Of a DNA stretch of 46,890 nt, positions 1 to 12,800 are shown piece after piece; position 1 is the first letter of the stretch; every line of letters starts with the position of its first letter. Origin of the DNA: Catajapyx aquilonaris (lineage: Eukaryota). Location of the stretch: NCBI GenBank assembly GCA_000934665.2, contig JYFJ02003044.1, forward strand, positions 1 through 46,890, read 5' to 3'. Made by a program: the position numbers and the translations under genes. The notes beneath the pieces are model-generated. The model saw only the letters and a program-made list of their open reading frames with translations. It ran no database searches and was not told the DNA's origin.

Positions 1-3000
1 CAACTCTCCGTGTTCATCTGGCCACTCCACACTACGTCTCTGTCGAGACCATTTGCCAACTACCATTCTATTTCCTTTTTACGCAGCTGTAAAGGTATAA
101 TTGTGAATGCATATTTTGGGTTTTCTTTGTTTCAGGGCAAAGGCGAAGGCGAAGGGACTCAGCCAGAGAAAACCGACATCCAGCACAACCAATGTCCCAT
201 AGTAACAGAAATTAATGTAAGAATTGCAATTTATTAACATTTTTTGTAATCATTGTGCCAAAATTATAAAATGAGCATTTTTTGCCATGAATTCCATGGA
301 TTTCCTCTAAAACACTGTTAGTAATCCCATTAGACAGTGTCTATTTAGATAACTCTGTTCATGGATCATTCTGGGACTGATTAGGGCCTATATTTGGCCC
401 CATTGCGTACTTTCAAGGCGCACATGCGTTCCTTCAAATGCAATTATTTTCCTTAAATCAAAAAAGTCCTCCTGAGATTTTTTTCTATGTGAGGGAAAGG
501 GTCTGAGCTACAACATTATTTAAAAATCGGATTTTTAAATTAGGCGGATTTTTTTTAAAAAAAATTGAAATTTTGAAAATGGGACAAAATTTTCAAAAAA
601 GTCAAAATACGAATTTTCAATCCTCAGTGAGATTGGGCTCTCGAATCTCTTCAAAGGGAGCGGTCTACGACGTCTGTAGCTCAATTGGTTCACGAGATAT
701 GACCGATTTCTGAAACCCTACCTTCCGAAAATGACGTTTTTTTTTTTTTCGGTGGGCCTATCTCCGGGGAGGGGGGGTAAATCTCAAAACCGCGCAAATG
801 GTATTTTTGAAAGACGTAATTAAAGCGATTCGCCGATTTTCGTCAAAATCTGACAACCCAAGGGTCAGGGGGCTCGGTGAATTGACATGGAATGACCCAC
901 ATGATAACATTTCAGTACATGCAACAAGAGAATGAAAATCACACACTGGCATGTGTAAGAGAACTGTAGTACATCCTTTGTTACTTAGGATATTATTGGG
1001 CCCAGTGGTCTGTGTATTTCAAGTATTATCACCACTTAAGCTACAATGTGGCAATGTTCATTACTTCGCAAAACTGTACATTATTATAAGTGCAGATATG
1101 AAAGCATAGACAATCACTTCTCACAACCGAGATGCATCCTAAAAGATATTGAACCACCATTCCCTCTTACACCCCCTCAAGTTTCTCTCATCATTCATGG
1201 TCGACCCCAATCGTCTATTAATTTGAGGTCAGTAGGGCGGAGACTTCTAAAATGCTAAGTAATAACATGTCACACAGGTGTCACACTTGATAATTTTCCA
1301 GGCCCCACCCTCTCAGCCCATGCACGCCGCATGCACGTAACCTCACGAATCCCTCACCACAGCCCAGCAGTGATTAAGAATCGGATTTAATAACCAGTCA
1401 TACATTGCATGTATTCAAGCCTAATATTAGCATATGACCTATCTATAGCGGTGACCAAGGCCGTTATTGCGTTCCACATGAGCTTCCTCGTCACTCATTC
1501 CTTTCTCCGTCAACAGCTTTCCCTCCAGCATGTGAAAAACAATTCCTGATGTATACAAATATGTGACCAACATATCTGCCAGCTTATTCTTTCCACATAT
1601 CATGAATTTCAGCAGCTACATACAATTCGCCTTGGCCGTGACTTGACCCGTGGCTTTCGGAACAAGCACTTTTTTTTCCTTCTTTCATTTTAATGGCCCT
1701 GCTGGCTGGGGGATGTAACAGGAAACGAGAACCGGTCTCTTGCTCTCCTCAATATCATTCAGAAGTCAAGGCAAAAAAGAATAAGGAGAGACCTTGCCAG
1801 AAGATCAGAGTCCTCATTTCACCAACTAGAGACTCGCAAAAGAAGCCATGTGACCTAGAGTCTGGACAGAAATTGCTGGCCTCACAGGTCGCAACTAAAA
1901 CTGAATTTCGCAAATTATTCAGAGAACACTTCTTGCTCTGGTGCTTATTCAGGTCCTGACAGATGACATTTTGGAGCCGCAAACCCGCCACCATAAGGGT
2001 GAAATGGAAGGACCCTAGCTGTCACCATCAGAAGAATACCTCAAACCACTTCACTGCACTCTTCTTCGTTGAGTGGCGGTTTCCTTTATGTGAATGCCAA
2101 AATGCAGTGTACTTCAGTTTGGCGGAAATATTCCGCGAATTCGGCCAGTTTTATTCTCAAAGTTCATGGAAGTCTGCATGGAAGCAGCTATTATTTTACC
2201 GACAGGTTTTGCTCCGGACAAATTGCAAGCTTACAACCACAAAAAAAGAGCATAACCTCATCATCATATAAAGACAGGGACGCAAGTGGCGCTGGCAGTG
2301 TCCTAATTAAAGGCCATCCCGACAGAAAAACACTGAGGATGTCCCTTGTCGCGACACAAACAAGTGTGTTTAAACATTGCTAGAGTGAATACTGTGTGCC
2401 CCCTTCAAAAATATTGATGGAATATTGACGGCAACCTTACAGTAATCCAAAGCAGCGCATATTATTCTAATGGTGTTCCCGTTCGGAGCCGATCCGATCC
2501 GACATTTTCCCAGAGAATAATCACAGGCAGTCGGATAAAACGACCCGAACGGAACATAGGGTACCATCAAAGGCAAGGCTAATTCATATCGACGAATCGC
2601 GATCATCCAATTAGGTCTACTCATCTGAAATTCTGTCGAGTGCGTCATTATTGCCTCCTTATTAAACCGAATCCAATTCAACGGCGGGACTGACGTGCAC
2701 CAAGTACGGCACGTTTCCATTTTCCAAATCAAATTGGAAGGTACATGCAAGGTATACAACCCAGTTAATTAAGCTATACAAATCATCAAACGGTCCAAGT
2801 GGCACAATTGACGCAAGTTGCCGTTTTATCGTGGACCACAAGGTGTTAGTGTTCGCTCATCAAAATGTGTTGCGTAACTTGACAGCTGTAACAACATAAT
2901 ACCGCTATGGCGACAACTCTTATCAGTTTGAACAGCCGGTCGATCCTTGCAAATGATTGCTCCCCCCCAAAAAATCGTACACTTTTCCTCATTATGCACG

Positions 3001-6000
3001 TGTCTTCAAAGTTGTCTGCCTCCCTTATCTGCATCCCACGCCTTTCTGAATATTATTTGCCGTACTAAAACAGCCCGGCTCGCACCTTTCTAACACGCTT
3101 GAAGGTATACAGTATACATGAAGAAGGAAACACACTTTACGCTATTTAAGAGCTTGGCAAGTGCGCTAATTGTCAGCTGCAGTGCTATACGCTTTCATTA
3201 TTCAGCGCTCAAGACGAACTAAAACGTGTCATACGCCTTTAATAATTCTCTCAGGTAAAAGATTAAATCGGGCCCGCCTCGTAAAAAGTGCAAAATATCA
3301 GACGGCCGAATTTTTAATGAGGCCCAGTGGCTGCCAGTGACCTCTCCCTTGTCTCTGCTGCAGTGGAGGAAAAAACCCTGTCATGTCCCACGGGTGACAT
3401 TGCTAAGGTTTGTGGCAGAGGCACCGCCCTTTGCCTTGCAATCGATACTATCCACGGTAGGGGGCGGCGGGGGCGGGGGTGTTGGAGGTGAGGGAGAGAA
3501 AAAAAAAAAAATCGGCCATAGCATACCCTGCCTCACTACCACTACCCACCTCAACCAACAGCACGAAACCTACCAACTCTATAGTAGGTCACGAAAAAAT
3601 ACATTTCTACACCAAGAAATCAATTTGTATGTTAAATCATTATTAATTATTAAAAGTGGTTGGGTGAATAACACACTAGTTCCGCATTGTCATTTGAAGT
3701 CACGCGCCGCAATAACTTTCGAAATGAGACCAAATTCTTGGCTCGGTTCGGATTCGATAGCCTATGAAAAGCGATTACAGGCATGCCAAAGCTGCAATTT
3801 AAAAAAAAAAAAAAAACTGTAACAAGCCACAGGACATTATTCCTTCGCACTTTTTATTCGGTTAAGTCTTGCATGTCCCTTCCAACTTCCTAGAAAGGTG
3901 GCAAAAAAGGTGTCCTTCAAGTAGCGTAATCTTGCAATCTTGCCAACAAAATACCGTTGCTAGATCTTTACATGATCATATACCAAGCTACAGCACAACA
4001 CACCGTACAAATTTGGATACGCTTCCTGCTCTCTCTCTATACCATAATATTCTGCATTATTATGCTGCGGCTTCCTGTAACCGGATATGTGTAAGCAAAC
4101 ATCCGCTCCTTGAACGATTGGCAATGGGTACATGTTTGAGAACCTCCATTTACATGCTGCGACGATCCTTCCTAATGATTTGGGGGAGGCTGCTGGTGTA
4201 TTGAAAGCGCAACTTGAATGGTGCTCAGATGAATCAGCACCACTGGAGAAGAGCACCCCCAAGGCCGGTCGGGAGTGACTCACTTCTCCTTTAGAGGGGT
4301 TAGGTCTGCCCCGGTCTAAAGACTAGGGGCCGCCTCCAAAACTGACTCACCTCCTTACTGGATACATGATAGCACAAGAGAACATCAATTGAAGCTGCAG
4401 CTAATCAATAACGCTGATTGCTAGGGCGGGGGGACCGACACACAGAATCTATACACTGCAATTGCGCCTCGGATGCTGCATGTCACCATTATGTTGGGAC
4501 TATAGGTTTGCTTTCTATATATTAAAAAATGGCAATGAGAAGGGCGGAAGTATGGCTGGGTAAGGCATTAGCAGGGAAAACATTTAGTTACGTAAATTGC
4601 CAGAAGTGGACCGTCCTTATTTAGACTGCCTGCTAAGCCCTTGAATGCCGACAAGGAATGGCAGCCTCGTAAAGCACGATTCAAAGTGAAGGTTCCTGCA
4701 AGTTCCCTATAATAGTCCACATGCAAATTATTTATAAACAATGGTGCCGATATCACATCCATTATTAATGATTGCCATAATATGTCGGATCAAATGCCAT
4801 TGCCCCGAGCATTGTTGTCGGCACCATTCCCCTGTGAATGCCTCCTACACGTTACAGTATACAGAAATAACGCGGCCGGGTCTTATTTTAGCTGTTCCAT
4901 CTGTCTACGTCGGCTACCTCCTTCCTGGACCTTATACACAATGGGCGAGCTGACAATGCTTTGCAATATTTTATGTTCGTGACAAAAACTTCTTATTTGG
5001 GCGGCCTTATTAGCAGGGTCGTTGACCCCCAAGAATACAGTCCAGTTACTTTTATGCCCAGCACTCTAGTGTCGATTAATAACTGTTTGAATTGGTAATA
5101 AACTGCGCCATTGAATTTATATCACCAACAAGGAAGCGTCGTCTAGTATATGCATCGCTTCTCCAACACGACATTTGAGCAACATTATGACAGACGTCCA
5201 AGAATCAACCTCTGCATTATTGATGTCCCTGTGCTCGATCATCTCTGGATAACCTCCCCAGAAATGTCTCTATCTGACTGATAAGAGGGATAACCACCCA
5301 AGTGCTCAGGAAATGGCAGCACCCTCTGTAATCACCGCATTGTGCGATGATGCTCATTGCACCAGATAAGAAGTGTGGCATGATTGGGACAGGTCAAGGG
5401 CCGAACAAGTACTCTTCGATCCAATAATTGGGCCAGTCACGAAAGGCACACCATCCACTACCTGCTTTGTACGATTTGGGCTCATCCCCTTGATCTGCAA
5501 GGATCGATCCCTTATGTATAAAGCACTCTCTCTCCAAGGTCGTTTCACCCTGGAACAACCCGGAACCCTTTGCCCAAAAAATGTTCACTCGGGCATCGAT
5601 CCGGTAAAGGAGACGACAGGACATTCAATTGCGACTCGGCTTTCGAAGGGGGGGTGGGGAGATGAATTAAATACATTTTTCGGAGGTTAAATACCTTTTT
5701 GCGCGTGATTAAAGGGTCAGTAGTCTATAGGCAATCAAGGTCCGAATGAAGGCACGAAAAGAGCCTGTACAGTATGTTCGCCACATTTCCTGGAGTCACA
5801 CCATGACTTGGAGCATCCTGTGGAACTTAGGAACAGTAACATGCATACACCTTTCATTCCTTTTAAAAAATAATTGCAGCGGAACAATTAAAATGTCACG
5901 TATCCGGAAACCGTGAACTATGTTAATTGCAATAAAATAATGCACGACTCCACATGAAAATCCCCGATTTTAAAAAAATCTTATGGACCCATTTCTGCAA

Positions 6001-8152
6001 GTGTATATGATCAAACAATTATGTCCACCACACTGCCTGTTATTTTTATTAACATGTGATGAACAGCAATGTACAGTAAAAGCGTAATGCGTACACTGTA
6101 CAGTACAGCATACTGCAATTCGTATTAGGTTTGCTAATTCGTGGATTATAGTGTTATACAACACCATGGAAGGTGTACAGTCACGGAATCTGAACTACGG
6201 GAATGCTCAAAATAGCAAAGTTCATACGTATATCTCAAAATTCCTGGCACGATAAGTCAGTCATTAGTGAGCTATGTCAAGATTCCTAGATAAAGTGTAT
6301 CTTACGGTCTGTAAATAAACCTGTCATCTTCCGATAGTACTCGACAGCTGCAGTGATAACAAGGAATTCATATCTGAACACTGGAACAATATTTTTGACT
6401 ATTTTGAGCATGATGATACTGCTCCCTATCTCCAACGGTCTTTTGCCATCAGCCCAATGAAAACCAAGCCGACAAAAGGATGCCTCACAAAGTGATCCTA
6501 ATTCCCTCTATATCCCCTAGTTTGAATAAAACATGACCGTTGCTCGGTCGTTACATCTGATGACTGACTGGAGCCAATGATCCTCCGCATTCTACAATTT
6601 CCATAACAAGTGACTGGCTCGTCAAGTGTGGGATGTGACCAGCAATATTTGCAAACATCTCCAAAAATATGGAAAAAATAAGCAATATGGCATGGTAGGG
6701 CTTGGCATGGTATGAAAAATACCCTGCATTATGGAACACCAGGCAGGTGCAAAATCAAGCATCTCATTTGACTCAATCTGACTATAAGGCTCAGGGGACT
6801 GCCCAAAGCCGCAACTGCCATCCCACATGCATCCAGGAAAGTTACAGGCTACGTCTATTTTTAATGGGATTTTACGTGTTGCCCACTATACGCTGCCACC
6901 AAAGCCACGTTTCAGAAATCTAATTTTCCGACCCAGTTACTGATGAGATTTGGCATAATCTTAGGGCGAGCTCTCCTCCATCCCCATTCAGTTTAACTAT
7001 AGCTACTAAAGTAAATCCACAGGATAATGAAGGAACGGATTTGCATGGCGTTGCTGCCCCCATTTTATAAATTAAGCATGCTGGTCGCATGATATCAATT
7101 AGTCAAAATTATCCAGCACTCATTACAACAGTCGCAGTTTTTGTTATAAAATCAGGCTAAACAACATGTTATCAGCTTGGTGTATGTGTACCTTTAGAAT
7201 AAAGACATGTCGTGTCTCTGCATGGACACTGCCATTTAAGTAGTAGCAGGTGGATTCAGGTGCTCTATTTTTAGCCACTTGTTGGTAGGTCTAAGTCCAC
7301 CTACGAGCAAGGTATCCTAAATAAATAATTCATATGTCAAATATCATCCGCCATATCTGGAATTCCCTACAACCAAAGCAACTTGAGTAACGACAGCACA
7401 TCCTAGGTCATTGTTCATGTGGTTGACAGCACCATTAAAATTGCGACATCAACATGCCATTGGACAGCACTGTGGGTATTTGACCATCACAACATACCCA
7501 AAAAGTTATCTTGTGGTTACAATGCTACTTAGCCGTACTTAGCACCCTAGCGTGGACACTAGAGGTGCGGCTCACCCACTGGGGTAATTACCACGCATGT
7601 TTGAAGTAAACAACAAAGTCGCCTCTGCTGGCCTTTAGCGTCCTAATCTGGCCATAGCAGGCAACTTATCCTTGAAGCAATCATCCAAAACGCAAACAAG
7701 TCACCTTGCAATATAGGCAACTAAATCCATGTAGTCCATTATATCACAAGGTCCTTTATGCTAGTGTCAAAATCCATTCCAAAAAGGACCTCCCCAATCA
7801 ATCCCACCCTTTAGATCAGGGGGGGGGTTGTGAGTGGAGCAAGGGTTGGGTTTTGGCCCCGATCCAACCCCACGTTCTTTCTTCCCTCCCGAGTGACTCC
7901 CCCCCATCCCCACCCAAACAAAACAGACGGATGGACTTTCTGGCCCCTGCCCAAGAAAACAGTCCATCGAGTGTATCCGGACATGATACGCAAAAGGCGG
8001 CAGTAAAGGTCAGTTACACCCCCACCATCCCCCCCGTACACAAAATCCCTATACATAATCCATACATGGAAAAGCCACGCCTGCGCTGTCCCGTATTATA
8101 ATGTGTGTGTACATTGCCAGGTGTAAATGTTCGTGCGGATGGGAACTCCTAC

Positions 8153-8289
8153 CCGTGCAGGTATCGCTGTATGAAGCACTGCGAGGCGGGTCCTGGCGAT
8201 TTGGGCTGTCCTGGTCCGTCTGATGAGCTCTGACCGGAGACGGACAGCTGTCGGATGAACCCTGCCACCTTCTTCTTGATGGACGGCAT
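8153..8289 (-). CDS. First coding exon of a probable PP2C-like domain-containing protein (Drosophila CG9801-like); rest of gene not found, probably left of the window
   Basis: ATG at 8289 gives MPSIKKKVAGFIRQLS...SQCFIQRYLHG and ends at donor GG|gtagga. Resembles the recalled CG9801 N-terminus (MPSLRQKV..FRQLS...FITKYLEG). No further exon recognised in 1-8152. Confidence 0.6.
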
Positions 8290-9750
8290 GTTCTTCTCAG
8301 GTTTTTGTTTCACCCGCACTGCGCCTTGTTGTTGTGATCCATCGGTGCGGCTGCGACCACCGAACGATCCCAACTGCACAGCTGGACTGGGGGGGAGCTC
8401 TGCGTGAGAGAGAGGGGGTGGAACAGGGTGGAAGGGGAGCCAAACACGCGCGCTGTCTGACGGACAACGTCTGCACTAGAGTGTTCCATACTGTCCCCCT
8501 TAGGAGTTGAGAACCCGGCACCCGCGGTGCTTTGCTCAATGATTTTGTACAAACAGTGCATTCACCTCTCATACGGTCAACACACTATCGCAAACTGAGG
8601 AATAGGGGAGCCTGTCGATATGCCATTTAAAAGCTATTGGCCTCGATGGCTTTCCACGAACCTAATTACGACTTTATATATAGAGAAGCTCGTGTTGGGG
8701 TTGTTGACAGCAGTGGAGCAAACATTATGATGACCTTTTATACCGCTCTGCAAAGGTATATATGGGCTCCACTGTTTGAACAATGGTTTAGGGGATTCCG
8801 AAATGTGCAATCAATTTTTATGGTCCTTCTTGCAACTATATGGTCGGTCCAGCTCCCAACCTTTTTCGGGTCAACCTTTTATGATAGTCAAGTAACCCCC
8901 CCCCCCACCCCCCTCCCGAGTATGAGTAGAATATTAATGTAGTGTAGACATATTGAACCATATATATTTAAAAAAAAAACTCCGTGGTAAAATTCCCTAT
9001 GACCCCCCGGAAACGGCTTCACGATCCTCAGGTTGGGAACCACTGAGCTATAGGCAACATCACCATCAGGCATGTCAACACCAAACACATTTACAAACGA
9101 GTAATCAATTTACTGAACAAGCAATTACACACTCGGGAATAGAAACATCCGTATAATTTTATGAATGTAACTGCAGTAGCCTGAAGTTCATCGTGTTCTG
9201 ATTCCTAATATAACATTGTAATGTCCATCTTACGCAGGACGCTTCTTCACTGGAATCTGCTTAATTTAACCGTCTTCCTGAACTTATTACGTCTTGAGAA
9301 GTCCCACTTTGTTGTTTGTTCTGAAAATAAAATTGCAGTCATCAGATCTCATCTCCCGGCTAAGAATAAAGTTTGCAATCTTCCCAATCTGCTCAGCAGA
9401 AAAAAGTCAAACATTGTGAGCACTTTTAGCTGCATGTATAATTATACCGTTCACCAATCAAGGCCACCACCACAAATTACTTTTATGGGAATGGTTGAGA
9501 TCAAGGTATACCGGTAATGTATGAGGCTATGAGAACATCAGTATCTGGAGGCAAATACCGTGTGAGCTCAAATTTAAATCATACTGCGAACACATCTTAA
9601 TGTCCTGGAATGACATGTTGAAAAGCAAATTTAAAGTCAATTCCAACTTGAATGAAGGTAGTCAAATGAAAATTTAACTGAATTACCGCTCGCAAATAAT
9701 TTCGCCTTTCAATATATTTTAATAATAAGGTTAATTGCATTGCTTGTTCT

Positions 9751-9792
<42 letters not shown>

Positions 9793-9800
9793 TTTTTTTT
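9751..9800. repeat. (TTG)n microsatellite plus T run
   Basis: About 13 TTG units directly after the putative CAP-D2-like stop codon. Confidence 0.95.
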
Positions 9801-12800
9801 ACTTTTTCGGCGTTTTCTTGTCCGCCTGGGAATATTCCAAATTGGGTTCCACGACGACGACGACGTCGCCCGTCCAGCTGACCTTGCTTAGCTTCGGTTT
9901 GACCTCTTCACTGTTCTTCTGTTCGGATCTGAATCCTCTCTGATCTATCTTCCGACATGCGCCAAGCGGCTCATTCCCAATACAACCTGAATTATAGAGA
10001 GAGCACTTATTAATATTTTGCATATACCAAGCTACCAGCTACCAGGTCAAGTTAGGAAAGGGGAGAGTTTATATTCACCTTCTCCTGGGGGACGTACAAT
10101 AATAACGGCATCCGTGACCGTAGGACGGGCAGTAATCTTAGCCTTTTTTCGTGTAGTTTTTCGCGCTTGACGTCTGATAGCATTCTCTGTCCGTTGCGTC
10201 AACATACAATTCCTCATTCGATTAGATATTTCAATCACCAGGATCTGAAACACATGCGCGACCGTGAGTCTGACCTGCTGGCTGAGAGAGAGAGAGAGAG
10301 GACACGCACCTTGACCGTTTCGGGTATTTTGTCGAAATCCTTGTACCTGTCCACGATGGACAAGAGGTACTTGGCCACCAACTTGTCCCTCATGTACTTG
10401 GACAGGCAGGTGACGAACTTGGCCCGAATGTGCTTCAGAGTGACTTCCGTGTGAGGTACGACGGACAAGCACATGGCGATGCACCTCCTTTCCGTGATGC
10501 TGCAAGACGAGTCCTCCATCATCTGGCACAGGCAGCGAACCGCATCCGCCACCAGTGTCTTATTCTTCTGGCCGAGCAAGCACATCAGAAATCTGCGACA
10601 ATGATGCCATGTGTTAACAAGTGTATCCCACAATCTTGCAGACATTTTGTTTTCACATGGAGTACCTAAAGGTGTCGAGAGAGTCCTGCTGGGAGAGACC
10701 GCTCTGTGGACGACAGATTGGTCTGAGGACCTCCATGACAGTCTGGACGAGAAGCCTCGGATTCGTCTTCGCCACGTCCTCTCTGAAGAACCTTTTGGCC
10801 TCTGACGCGACTTCCGGGGTTTGGTCCGAGATGCCGATGCAGATGGCCTTTGCGTACTTGCACAGGCCCAGCTTGCCCCTTCTGATGTACCGGCAGAGGT
10901 ACTGCACTGCCTCCAGGCGGACCTCGGGAGATGCGTCCACCACCCTGCGTGCATGTGTTTGGGAGTCATCTAATATACACTACGTGCAACTGGAACCACA
11001 AGGGATACTGGTACCTTTCCTCAAGCGCTTTCGCAACGTCACTAATCACCCTGCTGTACTTGGTGCTCAGCTGGGCCAGAGCCTTCACCGTCGCATAACG
11101 TTCCTGTGCAAACGGACACATTTGTGCCACTAGGCAGAACACCTGCAGAATTCAAGCCGTCATTGTTTTGACGTCAGTTGGTAAAGCACTCCCAACGAAA
11201 TATCTGGCACATGTGAATGTATACCTTGAGATTGACTGCGCAGAAGGTATACGAAGTGTCCATGTACTCGTGGAGCACTCGCCTGATGCAAGACCACAGC
11301 TTCCGACTAATCGCGAATGTTGCAAAACACAAGCACATGTATTCCACATACGTACTGCAAGAAAAACACAGCTACTGTCTGTGTCACACATTACAATCCG
11401 TCCACACGAAACGAACCTGAACTGGATCCTAAAAACCTCGGTCGTGAAGCTTTTCATCTTCAAGATCGTCGACGTCACGTCGTTTCCACTAGACTTGGGT
11501 CTGCTCGTCACTATTCGTTCCTTTTCGTACTGCAGGAGTCTCAGGGCCGTCCTGCCCGCCAGGTACACTCTCCTGCTGGCCCCGACCTGGTAGCGCCTAT
11601 CATCCTTGATGTTGCCGTCGTGCTTCCACACCTCTCGCATAATCGTGTCTAACATTTCCAGAGGGTCTTTGGACACCTGCAGCGAACAACACAATTGCAC
11701 ATACACAAAAAACATGGTAATAGTACTGTGCTTGAGCTATATTTACCCGAAATAGAAAGTCGACGCCCTTGCTGGCGACGCTGATGAACTCTTGCACGGA
11801 GAAGGCTGGGACGCAGTGTTTCAGGATGTACAGGACGCGCTTGGGGATGAGATGGTTGTTGGACAGGCGCGGTTGTCTGCGCTCGGGGTCATAGGACAGC
11901 TTCAGCAGGATGCACAGGGTGCTTCTCAGCAGCGGGGGGTCATTCAGCCGACTCAGACCGACGTGAATCAAATATCCCATACCGTCTATCGGTGATATTG
12001 TCGCCGGCATGGCCCTGTGTATACAGTATATACAGTACGTACTGCAGTCACGAAATCAAGTTGCCAATCTACATAATTATAATATATGGAACGGTCGTTG
12101 CAGCTTACTTGGCCACGAGCCCGAACATGCTGATTGCCGCCTCTGGTTTCTCGCCGCTCGAGAGGACTGCCTCGGGTAAATCATTCCACATTGTCTGGTG
12201 AGTACAGGTTATCATTAGTGTGGTGTAGGTACACTCTCCTGCTGAAGATTAGAAGCAAGAAAAAAATATATCGCTGGAGGCATTTAAATGATTTGTGTTC
12301 GGCAGAGACAGTGACAACTAAACCAATAATAATAATTATTCCCAATAACGGACTGACCCTGAATTGCAAGATGTCTTCAGTGTCCAAGTGTATGAGCCAG
12401 CAGAAGAAGACCCTCATTGGTCGCATCTGTGCTTCGCTGCACGTCCCCACTATTCCCGTAAAAGTGCGGATCACCAACAGGGATCTGCGACAAATGCGGA
12501 ACCATGTTACACTTGGCATCACTATAATTATGCATTACGTCAGATGCAGTTACACTATAGAGTGACAGACGCTGTGACGACTACGGCCACGTCTGACCCT
12601 CGATGTAACCGCACCTTTGTGAATCATGTCACCTGTTGTGGACGGGCATGTCCCTGCAACTGCTTATGAACACCTCGCAGAGCAGCTCCCTGCGTTCCGT
12701 GTTCTTGTCTGAGGGCGCCATCAGCCTAGCGACGAGCCCGCAGATATGTTTCATTGAGTCTTGGACACCCCTGAAGGCGGACAGGACCATGAACATCATC

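Noticed and set aside
400..880. Repeat-like segment (…ggttcacgagatat… motif, A/T runs) resembling arthropod non-autonomous DNA elements
   Set aside because: Could not define TIRs, TSD or ends by eye; needs a repeat-library search.
1..8152. Short ORFs in the left 8 kb
   Set aside because: No recognisable homology or consistent splice structure; most likely intronic sequence.
9250..9325. Extra terminal exon of the CAP-D2-like gene (..QTTKWDFSRRNKFRK..*)
   Set aside because: The acceptor is plausible, but the upstream exon already has an in-frame stop at 9799 and no convincing donor.
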